Origin: an uncultured Gemmatimonadaceae bacterium
GTDB taxonomy: Bacteria > Gemmatimonadota > Gemmatimonadetes > Gemmatimonadales > Gemmatimonadaceae
Length of the DNA: 64,000 nt
Direction: 5' to 3'
Assembly: GCA_963822945.1 (NCBI GenBank)
Contig: CAWGJO010000033.1
Location: 1-64,000 of the forward strand
Position numbers and translations under genes: made by a program. Every line of letters begins with the position of its first letter. Positions within the stretch are counted from its first letter, which is position 1. Below are positions 38,781-48,066 of this stretch, piece by piece. The notes beneath the pieces are model-generated. The model was not told the origin of the DNA. It did not search any database and was given only the letters and a program-made list of their open reading frames with translations.

Positions 38781-39467
38781 CTACATCGGTTCCTTGATTC
38801 CCCGGCGCAGCAGAGCCCAGTTGACGGGGTAGGCCGTCACGAACCCGGCGCACATGGCCACCTGCATCATGAACCAGAACTCCGGCCCCGACTTGGGGAG
38901 CGTGGCCGGCGAGTAGAGCACGAACAGCGCCACGGCCATCCAGCCGTACATCCCCACCTGCCAGGCCACCAGCGAGAGCGTGTCGGCCTTGAGGGCCGCC
39001 ACCAGCCCGGGCCCGAGCTTCAACCCGCGCATGGGCGCGATGGTGAAGAACTGGAAGACGATGCCGAGCGCGAACGCGAACGCGAAGTCCACGAGCCAGG
39101 TGCCGAACACCGCGCGGCCGAGGAAGACTACCGGGACCGCCACGACGAGCGCCTCGGCCAGCAGGTCGCCCAGGGCGCAGCCCGCGCCGCAGTGGGTGGC
39201 GGCCAGCGCAACCGTCTGCCAGAACGGACGGTCGCGGCCCGGCGGCGGTTCGTGCAGCAGCGCCGCGGCGCGTGCCGCCTGGGCCGTGCCCGAGCGGCCC
39301 AGCGTGAAGTACGCCACGAGGCCGATCGGTCCGCTCCACAGCACCGTGAGCGGCCACACGAGGTTCATGATCCACATCCGCTGCTGGTGCCCCGCGCTCA
39401 GGTCGCCGGCCACGATGAGCACGGAAACGGCGGCAGCGACGAGCCAGACTATGGAGAGCAGGTGCAT
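38781..39467 (-). CDS. DUF4396 domain membrane protein
   Basis: MWIMNLVWP, THCGAGCALGD, GIVFQFFTI, DTLSL..WQVGMY, FWFMMQ..YPVNW.L..GIKE. Confidence 0.88.
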   Translation of the reverse strand: MHLLSIVWLVAAAVSVLIVAGDLSAGHQQRMWIMNLVWPLTVLWSGPIGLVAYFTLGRSGTAQAARAAALLHEPPPGRDRPFWQTVALAATHCGAGCALGDLLAEALVVAVPVVFLGRAVFGTWLVDFAFAFALGIVFQFFTIAPMRGLKLGPGLVAALKADTLSLVAWQVGMYGWMAVALFVLYSPATLPKSGPEFWFMMQVAMCAGFVTAYPVNWALLRRGIKEPM

Positions 39468-39502
39468 GGCAGGAAAAGCTGTGACGCCGAGATGCCGTCG
39501 TA

Positions 39503-39544
39503 CAGGGGGCGGGGGGCGGGGGGCAGCGGGCGGGGGCCGGGTGC
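39503..39544 (+). repeat. G-rich 7-bp-periodic tract
   Basis: CAGGGGG CGGGGGG CGGGGGG CAGCGGG CGGGGGC CGGGTGC. Confidence 0.6.
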
Positions 39545-39616
39545 CGAGCGTTCGTCGCGATACCTTTGCACGCGGCCGGTCGCGCCACCTGCGCCCGGCG
39601 CGTATGTTGGCCGATC

Positions 39617-40891
39617 ATGCCATCCGCCGAATCGGTCGTTCCCGAAGAAGCATTCCCGCCGGCGCCGGCTGAGGGCGGCGTTGACACGCCCGCCGCCCGG
39701 CATCCCTGGGTGTGGGCCGTGCTGTACTTCCCCTTCGGCCTCTCGTTCGGGTTCCCCTCCATCGCGCTCGGCTACCTGGCGGTCAAGGCCGGCGTGTCGG
39801 TGTCGGCCATTGCCGGCGTGGTCGGCATGACCCTGCTCGCCTCGGGGTGGAAGTTCGTGTGGGCCCCGATCGGCGACTACACGCTCTCACGGAAGAAGTG
39901 GTACCTGATCGCGATCGCCACCGTGTCGCTCGGGTTCCTGGCCATCACGCTCGTTCCGTTGTCGCAGGCGACGATGCCGCTGCTCTCGCTGCTCGTGCTG
40001 ATGTCGAGCGTGGCGGCGACGTTCGTCGCCTTCGCCACCGAAGGACTGATGGTGCACAACACCCCGATCCCCGCGCGCGGGCGGGCGGCGGGGTGGTTCC
40101 AGTCGGGTAACCACCTGGGGCAGACGGCCGGTGGCGGGTTGGCGCTCTGGCTCATGCGGCACTCGCCGCAGCCGTGGATGGCGGGCGCCGGGCTCGCCGT
40201 CGTGCTGTTCGTGTGCGCGGTGCCGCTGCTGCTGGTGCGCGAACCGCCGCGTGCGCTGCGCGGCGCCTCGGTGCGCGTGCGCGTGGCCGACGCCTGGCGC
40301 GAACTCGTGAGCGTCGTGCGTTCGCGCGCCGGACGCATCGGACTCATCCTGGCCATTCTCCCAATCGGCACCGGCGCGGCCAAGGATCTCTTCGGGTCGC
40401 TGGGGCCGGAGTGGAGCGTGCCGGCCGATACCGTGTCGCTGGTGCTCGGGCTGGGGGGCGGCATTGCGATCGTGCTCGGCTGCTTCGCCGGCGGGCGGCT
40501 GGCCGACCGCATCAACAAGCCGTGGGCGTACGCCACCGCCTGTGGGCTCGGACTACTGGCTTGTGTGGTGATGGCATGGTCGCCGCGCACGGTGACCGGA
40601 TATGCCGTGTCCACTCTGTTCTACACCTTCACGCTCGGCATGGTGGCGGGATCGTTCACCGGTCTGGTGCTGGCGATCGTCGGGCATACGGCGGCGGCCA
40701 CGAAGATCAATCTCTTCTTCGCGCTCAACACGCTGTTCACGCTCGGCATGCTGCGCGCCGACGGGTGGGCGCACGACGCGTGGCACACCAACGGCATGCT
40801 GTACACCGAGGCGCTGGCGGGAGTGGCGGCGCTGATCCTGTTCGCGTGGCTGGCGGGGAAGATCCGCGGGACGGAACTGCCCGGCACCTGA
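39617..40891 (+). CDS. MFS transporter (AmpG-like)
   Basis: LYFPFGL, WKFVWAPIGD..SRKKW, GGRLADR; about 12 TM segments. Confidence 0.85.
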   Translation: MPSAESVVPEEAFPPAPAEGGVDTPAARHPWVWAVLYFPFGLSFGFPSIALGYLAVKAGVSVSAIAGVVGMTLLASGWKFVWAPIGDYTLSRKKWYLIAIATVSLGFLAITLVPLSQATMPLLSLLVLMSSVAATFVAFATEGLMVHNTPIPARGRAAGWFQSGNHLGQTAGGGLALWLMRHSPQPWMAGAGLAVVLFVCAVPLLLVREPPRALRGASVRVRVADAWRELVSVVRSRAGRIGLILAILPIGTGAAKDLFGSLGPEWSVPADTVSLVLGLGGGIAIVLGCFAGGRLADRINKPWAYATACGLGLLACVVMAWSPRTVTGYAVSTLFYTFTLGMVAGSFTGLVLAIVGHTAAATKINLFFALNTLFTLGMLRADGWAHDAWHTNGMLYTEALAGVAALILFAWLAGKIRGTELPGT

Positions 40892-40968
40892 TGTTGCATG
40901 GCGATCTCCGCTACTGCGCCACGCCATTTCGCGCCGCGTGCGCGCGTGCGACGACGGCGGCCGCAATG

Positions 40969-41022
40969 CGTGTCGCACGTCACAGAGCGAAGCGGCGCGC
41001 ACGCCAAGTGAGGTAAATCACA
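40969..41022. promoter_or_regulatory. Two CRP/FNR-family-like boxes
   Basis: AGTGA-N6-TCACA at 41007-41022 (9/10 match to TGTGA-N6-TCACA) and CGTGT-N6-TCACA at 40969-40984. Confidence 0.35.
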
Positions 41023-41099
41023 GTTAACGCTGTGCTCGCTGCGTCGTCCTACTCCCCGACAGCGCAGGACCGAATTTCCAGCCTTGGACGGGGAAGACC

Positions 41100-41867
41100 A
41101 TGCCACGATTCAATCTTGCACTCGCCTCCGTGGCGACGCTCGCCGTCGTCAGCCTCGCCGCCTGCAGCAGCGGCACCGCGCCGGCGCCAGTGAACGACGC
41201 GAGCCTCACCGCCGACCTCGCCCTCTCCTCGGGTGACGTGATCGCGACCGACGTTGGCGACCTGGTGGGCAACGAACAGTACGCCGGCGTCAGCGCCGAC
41301 GTGGCGCCGGCCTTCGTGGCGGTGTCGGACAGCAGCAGCCTGACGAGGACGCGCACACGCACCTGCTACGACGCGGGCGGAAACGTCGTCGCCTGCGGCC
41401 AGGGGCTCACGGCTTCGGTGGTGGTCGACCTGCAGCTCGACGGCTACCGTGCGGGCGACCGGTTCACCGCCATCGTACACCGGCAGCGGCACGACTCGAT
41501 CAGTGGTATCGACAGTCCGGATTCCACACGCACGCACAACGGATACGGCGCCAGCCAGGACACGGCCACCTTCACGGGCGACGTCAACGTGCGCACGGCG
41601 GAAATCGCAGCGTCGGACTCGGTGGTCGACCTGGTGTTCAAGCTGCCGCATGCCAACAACCCCTGGCCGCTCTCCGGCCAGGTGATTCGCAACGTCGACG
41701 CGACGTTCACCATCGTCGGCGCCACCAACCAGACGCGCACCATCCAGCGACGCGTCGTGGTGACCTTCCCGGCGGATGCCCAGGGGAACGTCCCGATCCA
41801 GGTGGGAACCATGACCTGCAACCTCAACCTCGTGACGCACGTGGTGTCGGGGTGCACGGGAAGCTGA
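41100..41867 (+). CDS. Hypothetical lipoprotein (beta-rich)
   Basis: Lipobox SLAAC; Thr-rich strands; paired Cys. Confidence 0.8.
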   Translation: MPRFNLALASVATLAVVSLAACSSGTAPAPVNDASLTADLALSSGDVIATDVGDLVGNEQYAGVSADVAPAFVAVSDSSSLTRTRTRTCYDAGGNVVACGQGLTASVVVDLQLDGYRAGDRFTAIVHRQRHDSISGIDSPDSTRTHNGYGASQDTATFTGDVNVRTAEIAASDSVVDLVFKLPHANNPWPLSGQVIRNVDATFTIVGATNQTRTIQRRVVVTFPADAQGNVPIQVGTMTCNLNLVTHVVSGCTGS

Positions 41868-41912
41868 GCATGACGGAGGGCGCGGGAACCTGATCGCGGG
41901 GATCAGGGTATG

Positions 41913-41957
41913 GGAAGAAGCCCCATTCGACGGGAGTCGGGTGGGGTTTCTTCCTTC
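41913..41957 (+). terminator. Intrinsic terminator-like hairpin
   Basis: GGAAGAAGCCCCATTCGAC-GGGA-GTCGGGTGGGGTTTCTTCC downstream of the lipoprotein. Confidence 0.7.
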
Positions 41958-41962
41958 GCCGC

Positions 41963-43354
41963 ATGGATACTCGGTCGACCTCGATCCGCTCGCGTGTCGT
42001 GCGCCTGCTGGCGCTCGCCACTCTGGCCGCGACGTACTTCTTCGCGGCACGGCTGGGGCTCGGTCTGGCGTATGTGAATCCGAGCGTTACGGCCGTGTGG
42101 CCCCCCGCCGGCATCGCGCTCGCGGCTCTCCTCCTGCTGGGCGTGGAGTTCTGGCCGGCGGTATTCGCGGGGGCCTTCCTTGTGAACATGGTGACGGCGG
42201 GAACCGTCTTCACCTCAGCGGCGATTGCCGCCGGCAACACGCTGGAAGCGGTGGTGGGTTGCGCGCTCGTCGTCCGCTTCGCCCGCGGCCGGTACGCACT
42301 GCAGCGGCCGGACGACGTCGTGCGGTTCGCCGTGCTCGCGGGGTTGCTCAGCACGGTCATCAGCGCGTCCGTCGGCACGGTGACGCTCGTGGCCGGTGGG
42401 CTCGCGCCCTGGCACGCGGTGCCGGCCGTCTGGATGACCTGGTGGGTGGGCGACTCGGTGGGCGCGCTGGTCGTGGCGCCGATGGTGCTCTCGTGGGCCG
42501 ACCAGCCGCGCATCCGCTGGCGGTTCCGCCGGGCGGTGGAAGCGGTGGTGCTGTTTGCCGCCACGCTCGCGGTCGCGCTCTTCCTCTTCAGCGGCCGGTC
42601 GATCGCCAGCGCCGGCAACGATCCACTGGCGTTCCTGAGCATCCCGTTCATGGTGTGGATCGCGTACCGGTTCGGCCAGCGCGAAGTGGCGCTGACGTCA
42701 GCCGGACTGGCGGGCATCGCCATCTGGGGAACGTTGCACGGGCACGGACCGTTCGGCGGCCGCCCCCTGCCGGCGTCGCTGCTCCTGCTGCAGGCGTTCA
42801 TCGGGGTGACGGTCGTGATGAGCCTCGTCCTCGGCGCCCTCGCCACGGAGCGGCGCAAGACCGAGGATGAGCTGCGGGAGCTGGCCGGGCTGGACCCGCT
42901 GACCGGATTGCTCAACTACCGGGAAATGATGAGCGTGCTCACGGCGGAGATCCGTCGTGCGCGGCGTACGCGGCGATCGTTCGCCGTGCTCTTCCTCGAT
43001 GTCGACGGTCTGAAGCAGATCAACGACCGGTTCGGACACCTGGTGGGCAGCCAGGTGCTGTGCCGCGTGGCCGAGGTCGTGCGCGAGTCCAGCCGCGTCA
43101 TCGACACCGCGGCCCGGTACGGCGGGGACGAATTTGCGGTCGTGCTGCCCGAGACGCAGGAAATCACGGCCCGTCGGGCGGCGCATCGCATCGCGCGCCG
43201 CATCGCCGCCGGCCGCGGCGAGCCGCCGGTGACGGTCAGCATCGGCATCGCCGTCTGTCCGCGCGATGGGACCAGCGCCGAAGCGCTGCTCCAGGCCGCC
43301 GATCGGATGCTCTATGACGCAAAGCACGGCCGGCGCCTGATGTCGCTGGCCTGA
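41963..43354 (+). CDS. MASE1-GGDEF diguanylate cyclase
   Basis: VWPPAGI, GNTLEA, WWVGD (MASE1); DPLTGL, DVDGLKQINDRFGH, RYGGDEF. Confidence 0.93.
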   Translation: MDTRSTSIRSRVVRLLALATLAATYFFAARLGLGLAYVNPSVTAVWPPAGIALAALLLLGVEFWPAVFAGAFLVNMVTAGTVFTSAAIAAGNTLEAVVGCALVVRFARGRYALQRPDDVVRFAVLAGLLSTVISASVGTVTLVAGGLAPWHAVPAVWMTWWVGDSVGALVVAPMVLSWADQPRIRWRFRRAVEAVVLFAATLAVALFLFSGRSIASAGNDPLAFLSIPFMVWIAYRFGQREVALTSAGLAGIAIWGTLHGHGPFGGRPLPASLLLLQAFIGVTVVMSLVLGALATERRKTEDELRELAGLDPLTGLLNYREMMSVLTAEIRRARRTRRSFAVLFLDVDGLKQINDRFGHLVGSQVLCRVAEVVRESSRVIDTAARYGGDEFAVVLPETQEITARRAAHRIARRIAAGRGEPPVTVSIGIAVCPRDGTSAEALLQAADRMLYDAKHGRRLMSLA

Positions 43355-43424
43355 CGGGCGAGCGCTCCGCGCCGTCGGGTGACCGAAGCGCGTGCCATAG
43401 GGTTATGCAAATAGGAGGGTTGAT

Positions 43425-44030
43425 ATGGCCACCGGAACGTTGCGATTCCTGGGGCTCGCCGCGGTCACGCTCGTCTTTGCGGCAGCGCCGAGCCGGGCGC
43501 GCGCGCAGTCATCCGCGGTGTCGGTGGATGCGGCAATGGGCGTCGCGCACGTGGGTCGGGGATGGTACTCGGACCGTTCGCGCATCGGCGGCCGCGGCCG
43601 CGTCGACGTCCGCATCGCGACGCTCGGCGCCACGCAGTTCATCCTGGGCGCCTCCGCCGGCCAGTACGGCGACCAGGGGCCTCGGGTGATCAACACGGCG
43701 GTCCTTTGCGTGAACACGGGCGGCCAGGCGGTGCCATGCTACCCACCGCAGCCACCTTCGGCGCCCAACGTTCTGTATCTCGGCGCGCACTTCGGCGTCC
43801 GGCATCCCATTTCGCGGTTGCTCATGGTGGAAGCCGACGCCGGGGCTGGAGTCGCGCGGACTTCGCCCGGAGCCTCGCCCGACCGCCTCGGAGTTTCGGG
43901 TGATCTCAACCTGGTCCTCGGCCAGGCGAGCCACCTGAAGCTCGTGTGCGGCGTTCAACTGCTGACGTTGACCGACGCGGGCACCAGACTCTATGCATAT
44001 CCCGTGACCATCGGTCTGCGGTTCCAGTGA
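43425..44030 (+). CDS. Secreted hypothetical protein, small beta-barrel-like
   Basis: AGGAGG RBS; signal peptide ending ARAQ; amphipathic strands; ends PVTIGLRFQ. Confidence 0.7.
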   Translation: MATGTLRFLGLAAVTLVFAAAPSRARAQSSAVSVDAAMGVAHVGRGWYSDRSRIGGRGRVDVRIATLGATQFILGASAGQYGDQGPRVINTAVLCVNTGGQAVPCYPPQPPSAPNVLYLGAHFGVRHPISRLLMVEADAGAGVARTSPGASPDRLGVSGDLNLVLGQASHLKLVCGVQLLTLTDAGTRLYAYPVTIGLRFQ

Positions 44031-44072
44031 CGACGAACGGCCCGGCAGCGCCTCTGGCGCCGCCGGGCCGTG

Positions 44073-44113
44073 CGACTGTCCGACTGTCCGACTGTCCGAC
44101 TGTCCGACTCCGA
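44073..44113. repeat. (CGACTGTC)4 array plus partial unit
   Basis: Four exact copies, then CGACTCCGA abutting the pirin stop (44114). Confidence 0.97.
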
Positions 44114-45036
44114 TCACCCGTGCTTGATGAACGTCCCGTTCTGCAGTTCCTGGTACGCCTCGCGCAGCTGCTCCTCGGTGTTCATCACGATCGGCCCGTA
44201 CCACGCCACCGGCTCCGAGATGGGCTTGCCCGACACGAGCAGGAACCGGATGCCCTCGTCGCCGGCCTGCACCGTCACCTCGTCGCCGCTGTCGAACAGC
44301 ACCAGCGACCGGTTGCCCGCCATGTCGCGCACGGTGTCCTCGGCCACGGTGGCGCCGTTGTCGCCCACGCGCTCGGTGAGCGCGCCGAACGGCTCCGAGG
44401 CGCCGCGGAAGCTCCCGCTCCCCTCGAACACGTAGGCGAACGCGTGACGGTAGGTGTCCACCGGCAGCGTCTTCCGCACGCCGGGCGGCACCGAGACGTC
44501 CAGGTAGCTGCGGGTTCGCGGCGATGCCCGTCCACCGGTCCCTTCTTGCCCCAGAACTCGCCCGTCACCACGCGCACCACGGTGCCGTCGTCGTCGGTGA
44601 CTTCCGGAATGTCCGGCGACTTGATGTCCTGATATCGAGGATCCACCATCTTCTGATGCGCCGGCAGGTTGGCCCAGAGCTGGAAGCCGTGCATGCGCCC
44701 TTCGGGATCGCCCTTCGGCATTTCCTGGTGCATGATGCCGCTGCCCGCGGTCATCCACTGCACGTCGCCCGCGCCCAGCGAGCCTTTGTTCCCCAGGCTG
44801 TCGCCGTGGTTCACGGTGCCCTTGAGCACGTAGGTGATGGTCTCGATGCCGCGGTGCGGGTGCCAGGGGAATCCCTTGAGGAAGTCCTCGGGGCGCTCGT
44901 TGCGGAAGTCGTCGAACAGGAGGAAGGGGTCGAACTCCTGGGTCTTCCCGAACCCGAAGGCGCGACGAAGCTTCACTCCGGCGCCTTCCAGCGTGGGCGT
45001 GGCTTCGACGATTCGCTTCACCGGTCTGATCGACAT
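44114..45036 (-). CDS. Pirin family protein (indels near 44529 and 44511)
   Basis: DPFLLFD, GFPWHPHRGIETITY, QWMTAGSGIMHQE; C-terminal EPVAWYGPIVMNT in another frame. Confidence 0.92.
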
Positions 45037-45207
45037 CTCTCCTCCATGGGTCCCGCGCCCCGGAACGGGGTCGCACCTGCCAATCTAGGAAGCCTGGCAA
45101 GGGGCGCGCGGTTCCGGCGGATCGAGCGCCGCTCGCGACCGCCCGTACCGGCGGCTATGATTTGACCCACGCCATCCCTGTCGGCACGCCTGGTCAGGAC
45201 CCGTCGC

Positions 45208-46968
45208 ATGCACCCGAAATTCGCCTCTATCGGCACCGCCGCCGTCGCCTTTGCGATCGCGTCGTTCGCCGCCACGGATCAGTACATCGCCCGCTATCCG
45301 GAACAAGCGGTGGCGCGCTTCCGGGCATCGATGAACGCGCTCGCCATCCATCCCGCGGTGCGGCACGATCTGGGCCCCGTGTTGGTCGCGTCGGCCGCCG
45401 CGATGCCAACCGATGACGACGAGCCGGGCCTCGAGTTGAGCGCGATCCCCCACGGAGCGCTGGCGCCGCCGCCTATCGGAGCGCTGGCCGCGGATACGCC
45501 AGCGGTGCCGACCATCACCACACCGCCCGGATCGGGCGCCGCGGAGCAGCGCGCGCAGGGATCGCGGCCGCCCGCCATGCTCGCCGCCAGCTTCGACGGA
45601 CTCGGCGTCGGGTTCGTGGGGCCGCAGGGCACGGCGCGCCTGCGCAATCCGTCCGACAACTCGCTCGCCGTGGGCCCCGACCACATCGTGCAGATCGTGA
45701 ACACGCGCTTCGCCATCTACACGAAGAAGGGCGCGATGTACGACACCACGGGCCGCGTGCTCGTGGGCCCGGTGCCGACCAACGAGATCTTCCGCGGCTT
45801 CGGCGGCGCTGCGAGGCGCGGCCCAACGGCGACGCCGTGGTGCGCTACGACCAACTCGCCAAGCGGTGGCTCTTCGTGATGCCGATCTTCCGCAAGATCG
45901 CCGACGCCACCAGCGAGCCCGCGGTGCACGCGCCGGGCGACTCGGCGCACTACGCCATGTGCTACGCGGTGAGCCAGGGGCCGAGTCCCATGGGCCCGTA
46001 CTATCGCTACGAGTTCCTGCGCACGCTCTTTCCCGACTATCCGCGCCCCGCCGTCTGGCCAGACGGCTACTACGTGCCCACCAGCACCGGCGACCACGTC
46101 ATCCAGAAGCACGCCTGCGTGGCCGACCGCGCGCGGATGCTCAAGGGCGAGGACGCCACCGAGCAGTGCGTGATCGTGGACGGGGCGAACTTCCTGAACA
46201 ACGCCGACCTCGACGGCACGCAGCTCCCGCCGCCGGGCGCGCCCGAGATCGTGATGGCCGCGGGCGGCACGCAGTTGAAGGGCGTCATGGAGGACAGCAC
46301 GATCAGCGTGTGGCGGATGCACGTGAACTGGGAGCAACCCGGCGCTGACCAGTCTCACCGGCCCCGAGAAGATCGCCGTGGCGCCCTACCATTACCTGTG
46401 CGACGGGCAGCTCTCCAGTTGCGTGCCGCAGCCCGGCACCGACCGGCGACTGGACGCGCAGGGCGACAAGCTGATGGCGCGGCTCGTCTATCGGCGCATC
46501 GGCAACCAGCAGTCCGTGGTCGCCGTGCACTCGGTGAACACCACCGAGGGCGCGGGCGGCGTGCGCTGGTACGAGTTCCGGCTGGGCGCGGGCGGCGACG
46601 TGTCGCTCTACCAGCAGGGTACGTATGCTCCCGACAGTTCCTATCGATGGATGGGGAGCGCCGCGATGGACGGACGCGGCGACATCGGCATCGGCTACTC
46701 GTTCGGCGGCACGCCCTACTACGCGGGGCAGCGCTTTGCCGGACGGCTGGCCGGCGATCCCAAGGGCGAACTCACGCTGCGCGAGACGGTACTCGCCGAG
46801 GGCGCCGGCGCGCAGACCAACACGCTGCGCTGGGAGGACTACACGCAGACCGCGGTGGACCCGAGCGACGACTGCACCATCTGGTACGTGGGCGACTACT
46901 ACAAGGCGGGCGCGGAGAGTTACTCCAGCCGGATCGGGGCGTTCCGGTTTCCGGGGTGCGCCCCGTAG
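45208..46968 (+). CDS. Secreted hypothetical protein (frameshifts near 45808 and 46335)
   Basis: Three consecutive ORF pieces: PSDNSLAVGPDHIVQIVN / VVRYDQLAKRW..FPDYPRPAVWPDGYY / GVRWYE..RWMGS..RWEDY..VDPSDDCTIWY. Confidence 0.75.
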
Positions 46969-46971
46969 TTG

Positions 46972-47011
46972 GACTGTCCGACTGTCTGACTGTCCGACTG
47001 TCCGACCGTCA
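46972..47011. repeat. GACTGTCC x5 (two variant units)
   Basis: Fills the gap between convergent stops at 46968 and 47009. Confidence 0.95.
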
Positions 47012-47860
47012 AAACACGAGCTGCGACAGATATCGGTAGTTCGCCCTCGCACTCGCCAACTCGTCCTTCGGACTCTCCTGCTCCACGTAGCAGGGCTTGT
47101 CGTCGATGTTCGGGATGGCGCCCAGCAGCGACCTGAGATTCAGTACGCCGGCGCCGAGTTCCGTATCGTGCGAGTGGTCGGCCACCACGTCCTTCACGTG
47201 GAAGGTCCAGTAGCGGTCGCGATACCGGTTCAGATATGCCATCGGGTCGCCGCCGCCCTGTGCCATGTTGCCGAAGTCGAGCTGCAGCCGCACGGCGGCC
47301 GGATCGGTGCGCGCGACGAACAGGTCGTAGGGAATCTGTCCATCGATGGGATGCACATGCTCCGGCTCGTTGTGGAAGGCGAGCCAGAGCCCTGCGCGGC
47401 GCGCCGCGGCGCCCGCCGTGTTGAAGTGGTCGGCCCACGCGCGCCAGGCGTCGAGCGAGGTCCTGGTCTCGTCGGGGAGGCTGGGCACGATGAGATACTG
47501 CTGGCCCAGGTAGTTGGCCGTGTCGAGACTCTTCTGCCAGTCGCCGAGCAGGAGTTCGGGAGCGATGTGCGCGGAGGGGGCCCGAAGGCCCAGGTGGTCG
47601 AGCGTGGCGCGGACCTGCTTGGGTGTGCGGCCGAAGTTGTCGAAGCTCCAGAGCAGCTCGACGTCGTCGTAGCCGATGGCGCGGACTGCCGCCAGCGTAC
47701 CCTCGGGGTCGCGCTTCATGGCGTTGCGCACCGAGTACAGCTCGAGGCCCACCCGGGCGAGGCGGCGCGACCGGAGCCCGATGGCGAACCCGGCGCGCGG
47801 CGCGAGGGCGGCCCCGGCCACGGAGGCCCCCAGCGATCGCAGAAAATGACGTCGGCGCAT
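47009..47860 (-). CDS. Tat-exported sugar phosphate isomerase/epimerase (TIM barrel)
   Basis: MRRRHFL twin-arginine signal; GLELYSVR, AFHNEPE, QLDFG, FHVKD, YVEQE. Confidence 0.9.
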   Translation of the reverse strand: MRRRHFLRSLGASVAGAALAPRAGFAIGLRSRRLARVGLELYSVRNAMKRDPEGTLAAVRAIGYDDVELLWSFDNFGRTPKQVRATLDHLGLRAPSAHIAPELLLGDWQKSLDTANYLGQQYLIVPSLPDETRTSLDAWRAWADHFNTAGAAARRAGLWLAFHNEPEHVHPIDGQIPYDLFVARTDPAAVRLQLDFGNMAQGGGDPMAYLNRYRDRYWTFHVKDVVADHSHDTELGAGVLNLRSLLGAIPNIDDKPCYVEQESPKDELASARANYRYLSQLVF

Positions 47861-48066
47861 GCCCCCAACCTGTGGCCGGGAGCGATCCTTCGCCATATCG
47901 GGTAGATGGAGCCCCATGGGTGCCGGCGCGTAAACCCACGGAGCGAGGGGCGGGTCTAACTCCGCGAATCGGGCATTCCGCATAGCGCCCGGTTCACGTT
48001 CTGATGTGTGATGGCCCATCTTTCGGCGTTGCGGCGCCCCCTGCTTCACCTCTCGCCCCTCCGTCC

